A stretch of 64,000 nt of DNA from assembly GCA_964234715.1 (NCBI GenBank), contig OZ174276.1. One strand, given 5' to 3'. This DNA comes from Podarcis melisellensis. Taxonomy: Eukaryota. Position 1 is the stretch's first letter; every line of letters starts with the position of its first letter. Below the pieces are notes generated by a model, which was not told the DNA's origin, ran no database searches, and saw only the letters and a list, made by a program, of their open reading frames with translations. This document shows positions 48,001-64,000 of this stretch, piece after piece. A program made the translations under genes and the position numbers.

Positions 48001-50637
48001 CCAAACAAACAAAAACACCACCTCTGCATGAAGGATATGCACAAGGACTTCCACATCAGGGCTTCTCCCTTCACCCCACACATCCTCTGAAATTGGCTCA
48101 GGAGAACCCCCAGAATAGTGCATGGAGGGAGGAGACCAGGATAATTCTTCCTACTCTCCATTCACGGAAGCCTCAGCTGGATCACACACCTTCCCTATGT
48201 GGAAGAACACAACTGGACACAACCCACTAACTGTATAATTTTCAAATTGAACACTGTAATCATAAATGTTAACTTTTAAAAAAAGTAGTTAAGGTGCATG
48301 CCATTGCTGGTATTCCACTCAGCATACAGGACCATGAATCCTCCCAGCTAAAATATTCTGGGTTGTAACCAACCAAATTATTGCATGAGCAGTGGAACAA
48401 CTTCTCTCTCCTTCTCCTCTAGCTCTGGGGGTCTCCCAACCCTTCAAAGCAGATTTAGGGGTGCACACTGGGGGAGGATGCAGAGTTTTGTTGAGTGAGC
48501 TGAAATTGTTCCACTCATGCCATGTCCACTGTTAGTCTTAGAGGTTTAAATCCAGAGTCTGCCCTCTCTTCTAAGGAATGGAATGCAATGTGTAAGAAAT
48601 GGAACTTCTGCTGACAATTTAGATGAATGAATTTTGTAAGGCTGATTTCTCAGATGAGTAATCACAGAGAGGTTACGACAAAATAATATTTCAGAACACA
48701 CTCCTAACTTCATGACTGCTTGTTCACAGACTCTATCAATCCTTAACATTGTACAAATAAAAGCGGCACAGGAAATGTGACTTTTACCTGGAGCAGCAGC
48801 ACAGAGTCAACTGATGCAAAGTGTCCCTCAGCAAGGGAAAAGTGCTCTGTGTTCCTGCCATTTTCTGCCCATTGTTGGAGGTGCTCCTCTAGTTCAATGC
48901 AGGCAGCTGGCCAGTTAAAGGCATCATCTGCTGAGACGTGAAAAAGGCATAAAGAGAATGCTATTCTTCCTTTGGGCTTTGCAGAACAAACTCAGGCAAG
49001 GTAAGTAAATGTATATACAGTGGTACCTCGGGTTACAGACACTTCAGGTTACAGACCAGAAATAGTACCTCGGGTTAAGAACTTTGCTTCAGGATAAGAA
49101 GAGAAATCACGCTGTGGTGGTGCGGCAGCAGCAGGAGGCCCCATTAGCTAAAGTGGTGCTTCAGGTTAAGAACAGTTTCAGGTTAAGAACGGACCTCTGG
49201 AACGAATTAAGTTCTTAACCCGAGGTATCACTGTACTGTATCCTATTTACAACATTATCCATTGCTTTTCCATACAAGTGTCCTCAGAGAGAGAAAACAG
49301 TAGTTATATAACCATAAAAGTGGGTTTTCATCAATTTGGAAAACTTTGGAGACTGAAAAGACATTATCTTTAATTGCAGAGCCAGCACTCAGTACTATCA
49401 GTTTGGTGTCAACATTACACCCAATTCTGGGCTCAACTGTAACTCTCTAAAAATTAAAGGCAGGTTTTCAATTTGAAACAAAAGAGGCATGGAATCTAAA
49501 GAGCAAGAATGGGCAGGAAGACACTTAGCCATAAATGTTTATAGAAAAATGTTTAAAAACCCACAGGAATACAGTGGTACCTCGGGTTAAGAACTTAATT
49601 CGTTCTGGAGGTCCGTTCTTAACCTGAAACTGTTCTTAACCGGAGGTACCACTTTAGCTAATGGGGCCTCCTGCTGCTGCCGTGCAATTTCTGTTCTCAT
49701 CCTGAAGTAAAGTTCTTAACCCAAGGTACTATTTCTGGGTTAGTGGAGTCTGTAACCTGAAGCATCTGTAATCGGAAGCGTCTGTAACCCGAGGTACCAC
49801 TGTACTAACTTCCCTCCATTTCAGCCTCCCTATCAGAAATAACAGTGATTTCAGCTGCCAGTTGCCCTGGAACAGCAGAGTGGAAGGGCAGCATATTCTG
49901 GGTTCTGCCATTGGACGCAGCCCAGTGAGACCAACAGACCCCACCCACTGTCCAAAGAAGGAGCAGCTGCAAGTAGTTTACTCCCTGCCAGAAAAAAACC
50001 CCATAAGAACTTTGGCATCTAAGAACACATGAGTTCGCTTTATTCCTCCTCCATGCCCAATCCCATTTCTTTTTGTGCTGTGTCTTTTAGAATGCAGATC
50101 TGAGAACAGTGATTATCTTATTATTGACAAAGCTGATTTGGAAAGATTGGTTCATACTTGAGTTAACAAGATAATAAAACATGGTAGGCAGAAAGGGAAC
50201 CCACCTTCCACTACTGGATAGCTGCTGCTGATCCTCTTCAGCAGACGAATTCTCCAAGTGACTTCATCCTGCAGAATGTCCCTCAGTGTCTTGCAGACCA
50301 AAGGAAGGACACCCAGGACAAATCTGGGCTTCAGGTAGGAACAGATCTCCAAGATCAGCTCCAGAGGAAGAGATAACAGCCCTGAAGCTGTATCATCACT
50401 AACAGGAGACTTTTTCAGTTCCAGAAGAGGAGACCTGTGATCTGATACTTGGGCCTTATCACTTACTGAGAGAGATGTGGGAGGAAGGCACTGGGATGCC
50501 TGACCAGACTGGCTTGAAGATCCAAGAACACGTTCAATGTATTCCTGGGCCTGGGTATCTGGATCCGCTTTGCTCTCTGTGTCAGAATCATTATCAGAGT
50601 CTTGGTGTTCAGTAGCAGAATCAGGAGGAGCATCCAT
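42094..50637 (-). CDS. FBXW9: F-box/WD repeat-containing protein 9, 466 aa
   Basis: Coding exons 50205-50637 (F-box [16 protein letters not shown]), 48788-48927, 47420-47548, 46280-46392, 45468-45559, 44744-44892, 43646-43759, 42976-43065, 42388-42453 and 42094-42168 (1401 nt), with WD40 motifs [40 protein letters not shown]. Confidence 0.96.
43158..43388 (+). mobile_element. 5'-truncated Sauria SINE (FBXW9 intron)
   Basis: Matches the 3' two-thirds of the 3900 copy, ending GGGGTCCCTTTACCTTT. Confidence 0.88.
49018..49233. mobile_element. Tigger-like MITE (FBXW9 intron)
   Basis: Same TIR and TA TSD; same orientation as the 5453 copy. Confidence 0.85.
49572..49802. mobile_element. Tigger-like MITE, inverted relative to the 49018 copy
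   Basis: Same TIR and TA TSD; internal sequence is approximately the reverse complement of 49018-49233. Confidence 0.85.
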
Positions 50638-50698
50638 ACCTGTATCAATAACAAAAAGTGAGAGCTATGGTAAAATGTACATCTATAATAATACACTA

Positions 50699-50940
50699 CA
50701 GTTGTACCTCAGAAGTTGAACAGAAACTGTTCCAGAAGTCCATTTGACTTCCAAAATGTTTGAAAACCAAATCACAGCTTCTGATTGGCTGCAGGAAGCT
50801 CTTGCAGCCAATCAGAAGCAGCGGAAGCACCGTCAGATGTTTGGGTTCCAAAAGAACATTCGCAAACAAGAACAATCACTTCCAGGTTTGGGAGTCAAAA
50901 TGTCCGAGTTCCAGGGCATTTGGGATCCAAAGTATGACTG
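50699..50940. mobile_element. Diverged Tigger-like MITE
   Basis: CAGTTGTACCTC...GTATGACTG ends with TA flanks; internal palindrome GCTTCTGATTGGCTGCAGGA...TCTTGCAGCCAATCAGAAGC. Confidence 0.7.
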
Positions 50941-51124
50941 TATTTTACTACTATCACTATAATTTTTCAGTAAGGGTACAACTATTTTTAATGGACATCA
51001 GATATTTTATGAAGTGTAAGCAAAAAATATATTTTTACATGGGGCCTGTGTTTTTATCCACAAAACCAGAGGTGTAACTTCTTAAAAAAAAACACAACTA
51101 AATGGACAACTGGAAGAATAAGAT

Positions 51125-51310
51125 CTTATTTTATTAGTACATTTAATCCAATGAGCTCAAGTTGGCTCTCCTGCTCCCCATTTTATCCTCACAACAACCC
51201 TGTGAGGAAGGCTATGCTTTAAGACAATGGCTGGTCCAAAGTTCTCAGTGAGCTTCATGGCAGAGTCGGGATTTTAACCTTGGACTCCAATACACTGACC
51301 ACTACACCAC
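51125..51310 (-). mobile_element. Old MIR/CORE-like SINE fragment
   Basis: CCCATTTTATCCTCACAACAACCCTGTGAGG core and ACCACTACACCA head remnant. Confidence 0.6.
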
Positions 51311-51999
51311 ATCTATGCTTAGTGGTTCTCAAAGGTGTGGCAGGAGACGATGGCAAGTGTGGCACAAAGATTCAAGGACTATCAAAGAAATATTTTAAAA
51401 TTTCAGTGTAGTGTAGTATATATGGATATACAATCAGAAACAGGATCTATGCCTCTCTTCAAGAGCATTGGCTATTTTTCTGCAGTTCTCCACGACAAAT
51501 TGAAGTGAAAAGGGATTTTCAACTCTGACAAATTTGAAAGATTAGAAAAGAGAAAGGCTTCTTTGTGTTGATGAGATGGGTTTGTTTCAAATTAGACCTA
51601 ATATAAATGAGATTACCCAGCAAATGCAAGCTCACGCTCATTGAGGTATATACTTTGTGAATCGCTCTGAGATCTATGGATAAAGGATGGAATTATAAAA
51701 TATGCAAGAGGCTCGTTTACAATTATATTTTGGGAATGATTCATGTTCTTACGCAGCTGTATTGTTTTATACAGCAGAACCTGCATGTGGATAAGGAAAT
51801 TGGGGGCGGAGCCCTTTTTCGCACTGACAGGTCTGAAAGGAGCCATGTTCTCTTTCCTAAGTAATAGAGACGATAACCAAGTGGAGGAGGAATTATTATT
51901 TCCGTTTCCCAATCCAAGAATCATCCTGCAGAAGTCCGGGAGGCAAAGCAAGAGGACGTTGCAGGCAGGTGCAAAGAGAAATGCCAAATCCAACTCGCA

Positions 52000-52560
52000 G
52001 GTAATCCCATAAGCAACGCAGGAGTGACACCCGCCCCGGAAGCCATGGAAAAGGCTGGGCAGCGCCTAGGCGAAGACGGCGGAGACCGACGCCCGCCCGC
52101 CCTCCTTCCACCCCGCGGTGCCTTCCTGCCTCCTTTCTGCCCCATGGCCCCTCTCACCCGTGGGCCGAGCTGCCTCGACCTTTCTCCCGAAGCGGAGCGG
52201 CGAGTATCATGGAGTCAAGGCAGCCTCTCCAGGATCCTGACAGGGCTGAGCCGCCGCCTTCTCGCGTCTCGTCTCCAAGGAGAAAACACTTCCGGCGCGG
52301 CGTAGTGACGTCAGAAGCCCGGCTCTCTGCCGAGTCCGACCATTTCAGGCCAGGCGGCTGCGCGCTGCCTTCGGGACCACTGCGGCGTGTTGCGTGTCGG
52401 GGGCCGGGGAGCAACCCAGGGCTGCTAAAGCGGCGTTTTCGCGCAGCGGCAGCTGCCTCCGGTCAACGGGATCAGGTCGAGGCCGCTTAGGCGTGTCAAA
52501 GGAAGGCCCGGCTTCCCTCTTAGTAGGCACGTAAGAGCACAGGATCGCCATTTCAGTATT
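52000..52560 (-). promoter_or_regulatory. FBXW9: FBXW9 CpG-island promoter and non-coding first exon (donor at 52157)
   Basis: CpG island with perfect CRE TGACGTCA at 52306-52313, ETS CACTTCCGG about 52288, and minus-strand donor GG|GTGAG at 52158/52157 that can join the acceptor at 50640, 2 nt before the ATG. Confidence 0.75.
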
Positions 52561-52753
52561 GTCCGAGTAGTCATAGTACTATCTTGTAAGCTTAGTTTAT
52601 TCCTTTGCCGTAACTGGCTGCGATTTGCTAATGGTTAGTAAGACAAACATGGCCAGCTCAAAAGACAAGATTAAGAACATGTCTTCAGACTAGGTTTTAA
52701 AGAATAATATAAGGCAACTGCAGCCATTTATAAAGTTTTGGAATAGTTGTTTT

Positions 52754-52885
52754 CATCATAGAACTGGAGAGTTGGAAGGGACCACAAGGGTAAGAGTCCA
52801 ACCCTCTGCAATGCAGGAATCTTGCCCAACGTGGGACTTGAACCCACAACCCTGAGATTAAGAGTCTTAAGCTATACTGAGCCAT
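52754..52885 (-). mobile_element. tRNA-Lys(CTT)-derived SINE with CR1-type 3' tail
   Basis: Minus strand GCTCAGT..AGACTCTTAATCTCAGGGTTGTGGGTTCAAGTCCCACGTTGGGC is a degenerate tRNA-Lys-CTT, followed directly by GGTTGGAC...GGTCCCTTCCAACTCT...TTCTATGA, a CR1-like tail. Confidence 0.8.
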
Positions 52886-53368
52886 TGTTCAATGTATTTT
52901 TAAACTATAAACTGACATGCGTTTGAGTGACATGTTCTAATCAGCAAATTTTAGTATGAGCCAATAGGGATGTTCTCAATGAGTGTACAGTCCATGTGCA
53001 CACTAGTTGAGCTGGACAAAGGAAAAAATGTGCACTCTTCCACACATAACACTTCTGTATGTACAGACAGCTGGCACCAGTGTTCAGTGTAATGTGTGAA
53101 TATGCCCAATATGCTGGTGTCAGATTTTTTTACCTAAGAAAATGGGAATTGGATAATGTACACACATAACCTTCACACTGTTAAATAAAAATGTAACGGA
53201 GTTTATGTCAACAGAACTTCCCAAAAGCCCTTAAACATCAAGGTCTAATTTTCTGAACATGTTATTCACCAGTGAGGAAGAACTTGTTTAGAAAAGTAAA
53301 TTACTACTGTTAGCCATACTAATAACTCAATAGTAGTATATTAATTAACAACACAAGCTTTTTTATGA

Positions 53369-53486
53369 TAGGTAATGGGACTCCTGACAGTTGAGTCGCG
53401 AACGACTCTGGGGTTGTGGCGCTCATCTCGCTTTACAGGCTGAGGGAGCCGGTGTTTGTCCGCTGCTTCTGGTGCACCCACGTCCC
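53369..53486 (-). mobile_element. Internally deleted Sauria SINE
   Basis: Retains both ends (GACTCTGGGGTTGTGGCGCTCATCTCGCTTTAC and CACCCACGTCCC) but lacks the middle. Confidence 0.7.
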
Positions 53487-53759
53487 TTTTTTAATGACAG
53501 TTACTGTATATTTAGAATGGGAACAGGTCTTTTACCATTCTCTCCTACTGAAGCCCACTAGGCTTGCCAGGAATAGTTAATAACTTATGCTGTTTCAAAA
53601 GGACTGCAAGTCAGTCTCGCCCCTAGAATTCAATGTAGATATGTATTTCTCAGGAAACTGCCTTTCTAACCTGCCCTTTTCTGAAAAGTTGGTTGAGAAT
53701 CTGCATTGATTTCCTGTTGACCTGGACTCAATTCAAGGTGCTGGTCAATAAAGCCAAAG

Positions 53760-56700
53760 GGATTTAAGCAGCTTCAGCCTTTATTGGCAAAGACATACAA
53801 CTAAGGATTAGAGGAAGCACACCAAGGGAAATCACGAATTAATGATGTCACTTTGGGATATTTATATGTGGTAGAAATACAATTACATCATCCCACATAA
53901 CACTGGTGCACTTCTGAGCTAATGGGTATATTCTACCAATATAAAAGTTGGCATTGTGACAATTTGAAAATTCTATTAAATCCAACTAGAAGAGGGTTTG
54001 CAGCTTCCCATGTAATGTCAGAAGTACTACCCTCATAATAGAGCAGGCCAATAGAGAGTTAGTAAAGACTTAATAAAATTAAGTTTCAACTTATACGGGT
54101 TATATCATGAACCTAGTGCATAAAGCCAAATTTGTGTACTGTATAGTCAAAACACACTTTCCCAAGGTGAGTGCAGTGGCAGGTGACATTGCCAAGGTTC
54201 CCCCTGCCCCTCAGACACTCACCCCCTTTAAAAATTTTTCTGGATAAGCACGTAAAGCTGAATTCACAAAAGTTAAATGTGTTTAAACTGTGAGTTGATT
54301 GTTTTTTGTTTGTTTGTTTTTTGAATTCTACAGTAAGAGAGGCTCTTCAGCCTGGTTGAATTTTCTGGCCACTCAGACCTGTGCCAGAAATATACAAAAC
54401 ATTCAGTTATGGGGTGAAAAACTGGGCAGAAACATGGAAACTGGAGTCACAAGAATTTTTTAGTTGACAAAAAAATTATACATAAAATGAGAAAAATCTC
54501 ATTTGAGCAAGGTGCAAGCAGCTGCTTCAACACTAGGTACACTGCAGTTCCACCATTGGAAACATTACGGCACATTTACAAATATACAAATCCAGGATTA
54601 ACGAACAGGAGGCAATACTAGAAGCACTTGTACAAAAGACAAATTTCATTTCAAGAGGCAGTCAGGTCAAGTAGCTTAAACTTCACTGGATGAATGAAGA
54701 GTTCACAAGCCTTCAGTTGAGAAGCACAAGCCAGGACTCTGCCTGCCATCTGTGCACATTTCTTGCCCATTTAAAAAACCAATTGCTTCCCAAATAGAAC
54801 CCTCTGGCTTTCCCGTTGCAGGATAGGGAAAGTTGAAACTGAGGCACGAGAGGGAACGCTTGTAATAAAATCATTAAAATGCAAATAACTAGTTGATTGC
54901 TTCCAGAGACCTGCTCGAGTTCCACACTATTAAAAAGACGAATTGAGGAATGCATTTGCAAGTTTACTATCATTTTTTTTTTGAACTAGCTATCCTAGAA
55001 GAGTGCAGGGGTGTCCCTAGCAACTGGATTCAAGGATTAGGAGAGCAACTTTCATTTAGGTATGTTGCTGCCTCCAAGTTAAAAAAAAAGCCTGCACAAT
55101 AATGCCCCAGCAAGTTCTATGACAAATCTCCAAGAACTGCAAGCACTACAACATGTGAAACAGAGGCCAGGGATAGAAAGAAAAAGGAGATGGGAGGGGA
55201 TATCAGTGAAGTTTAAGTTACTGAGCAATCTCACAAATACACTTTCAGAAATTCACCCCACTATACTCAGTGTCACTGTCAATTGCTGTCAAAGAAAGCA
55301 TCTCCTTATCCCAGAACACGGGTGTCCATCCTCTGTCACATATATCTTCTTCAGTCATCCCACCACTGTATCTACCATCACCAAAGCAATACAGGATATG
55401 AGGCACAGTTCAACCCAGTTGTCTGTATACCAATCCTGATGCTGCTCAAGTTCCGTTGGGATCTGCTCTGAAGAAAGCTGGGGCTGGGGCTCAGTTCACT
55501 TGTCTCTTCTTCCTCAGCACGCTGCCTGCTGGCAATCATTTCCTTGGGCAAACTCTATTCATGTTGACTCTGCAGAATATTCCTGGTGACTATTTTTTCA
55601 TCCCCAGCACTTCCCACTTTTCCGGAAGTTGCTCTCATCAGGTGAAGCAGTATCCCCTTTTCCCCATAACCTAGCTGCCTTTGGGAAAACAGGCTTGCTT
55701 CCACTTCACATCCTCTTCACTTACAATTAAAAAGCTATGGCTTCACTAACTCAAATTCATTCAGCAAACCCCAGAGTCTATTTCCAGGGACCGAACAGAT
55801 TTGGGTCTAATGAGAATTATTTAAGACAGCGACTCCACTAAGCATGCAGCAAAAGCTACGAGCTTCCACTGGCCATGCATGGAGGGCTCTATTTTATTAA
55901 TTCCTCTATGCTTTGCTATGTTTACTGCTCCTTTTGTAAACCAAAGTGGTGGATGCGGCATAGAACTCCCTTAAGACAGAAAGTTTAAATCACCATTATG
56001 TATGTACAAATGCCATTCTGACCCCCAATAGCGCAGGATACAACATAACGTGTGCCATATAAAAATGACCGAGTGCACACTGGTCTCCGCCAGCCTTTGG
56101 CCTATGGACAGATGGAATTCAGTTTCCTTCCTTGCTCTCTCCTGCCTCCTGCAGCTGAAGTAATGCAATAGCAGTGTCACAAAGTAACAGCTGAACAACA
56201 GGGTAACAGATTCATTGCACTGCGGCATCTTCTTAAAAAATAAAGACATGCTTCTCCAACAGTATTTCTTATGATAGGGACTGCTCCCTAGATGGCTGGC
56301 AGGTCCCCACAAAGTCAGAGGCTGCCTTTGCTCCAAGCATCACATCCAGCACACAGTGCCATGGCAACTATGGCAAAAAGGGTTTGTGGGTTTCCTTAAG
56401 ATTCCTAGATGAAAATGCTTACACTTAGTCATTATGGGCTACTCACAGGTTCACTAGTCTACTTCTTGGTCACCATGCAGTCTTGAAAAGGTGAATAGCT
56501 GATCTCTTGAACACCGGTGACTGGAAATATACAGCAGTATAACCCCCTTGGATTGAGTTTTAACTCTTCCCTCTTCATCAGCTGGTTTTAAACCATTGTA
56601 TCTTTTAATCCCATTTTAACATCTTAAACCCGATCCTTTATTTATTATTATTATTTATTATTAGCTAGTCCTTTAAGATGGCCCCTAGTTAGATCCCCTT

Positions 56701-57012
56701 CTCAAGAGTGTTGCAGTTTAAGATTGCTCCCCTTTCTCAGCCCAGGTCCGAGTCCCACCCCACCCCATTCCACCAACGATGGCCTCTGAGTAGAGACCTT
56801 TTCCTTCCGCTAGTGAGATACCCTGGTTTTTGTTTAAATTGGTCACGGAGGCCCACCCTCCCCCCCAACTTTGTAAATTTCAGGAGATGGGGAGTGAAGT
56901 CATTTTATGTCCCACAATGCTCTTCCCGTCCTCCCTAACCCCCCATTAACAGGGATTTGTAACACTGGGTTGTGGACGAGTTCCCAGTATTCCTCCCAGC
57001 GCACACAGGAAC
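53760..57012 (-). other. TNPO2: TNPO2 terminal 3'-UTR exon (distal end uncertain)
   Basis: Donor GTAAGT at 57577, 22 nt after the stop; polypyrimidine acceptor tttttttctcag at 57013; candidate AATAAA at 53785-53780. Confidence 0.55.
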
Positions 57013-57599
57013 CTGAGAAAAAAAGACAGCCAGTATTACATAAAAGTAACCAGCAGAGCACATTAGAGCCTGACTCCCCCTTTCACAGCATGTTGCTCAT
57101 GCTATCTACTAGTATGTCTGCAGGATACACAGCCACAACTAACTTGGGCAGACTGATTGCTGTACTGGCAAATTGGGGTCAAAGCCGGAGTAGGGTGGAC
57201 TTTGAACTCTTCCGCTACATTAATTCATAAGCAAATATTAATACGGAAGGCCGGAACCTCAAATATCAGGATAAGAGGAATTATGGCTGGGGAATGTGGG
57301 CTATCCTGCACTGCCATCTCCCGACACATCCCACAAGGGTAGTAGATTGCTTCCTATATGAGATATTTGATCTCCACATTCACATTCTCAAGAGCCTCTG
57401 CTCAGTATCACTGAAGCACAGATTCTGCATCACTGAGAGGACAACTGAGTACAAAACTGGCCTACATCTTTCCATCTCAATTAGCTCCAACATTTCATTC
57501 ATTCTTCCTACTTTGGTGACTCCATTCCCTTCTTAGGGCTTTTCTCCCTCTCCCATCTCACCGAATATGGGACTTACCGAGTACGGTTTCACTGTTTGC

Positions 57600-64000
<6,401 letters not shown>

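Noticed and set aside
52820-52885. Functional tRNA-Lys(CTT) gene
   Set aside because: The 5' acceptor strand and D-arm are degenerate or missing, there is no T-run terminator, and it continues directly into a CR1-like tail, so it is a SINE.

Overview
This is a gene-dense, intron-containing vertebrate window from a squamate, probably a lacertid lizard (inferred from Sauria SINEs and associated SINEs/MITEs). It holds six recognisable protein-coding genes whose exons I reconstructed by hand from splice sites and reading frame: STX10 (5' part, minus; intron 2 is a U12-type AT-AC intron), IER2 (single coding exon, plus), WDR83OS/Asterix (complete, minus, 106 aa), WDR83/MORG1 (complete, plus, 316 aa, head-to-head with WDR83OS), FBXW9 (complete, minus, 466 aa) and TNPO2 (3' part, minus). 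The rest is Sauria SINEs, a tRNA-Lys-derived SINE, L2/CR1 LINE tails, TA-flanked Tc1/mariner-pogo-type MITEs, hAT MITEs and microsatellites. I found no new protein-coding system. The observations most worth following up are: an orphan housekeeping-type CpG-island promoter at about 25.0-26.2 kb at an apparent synteny junction relative to human; absence of DHPS between WDR83 and FBXW9; a serum-response-type upstream module with a possible alternative first exon for IER2; a perfect 34-bp hairpin with templated-insertion signature at 22.6 kb; an inverted MITE pair next to a NAGNAG acceptor in FBXW9; and a candidate 30-nt STX10 microexon. Human comparisons are from memory of the orthologues and were not checked by search.
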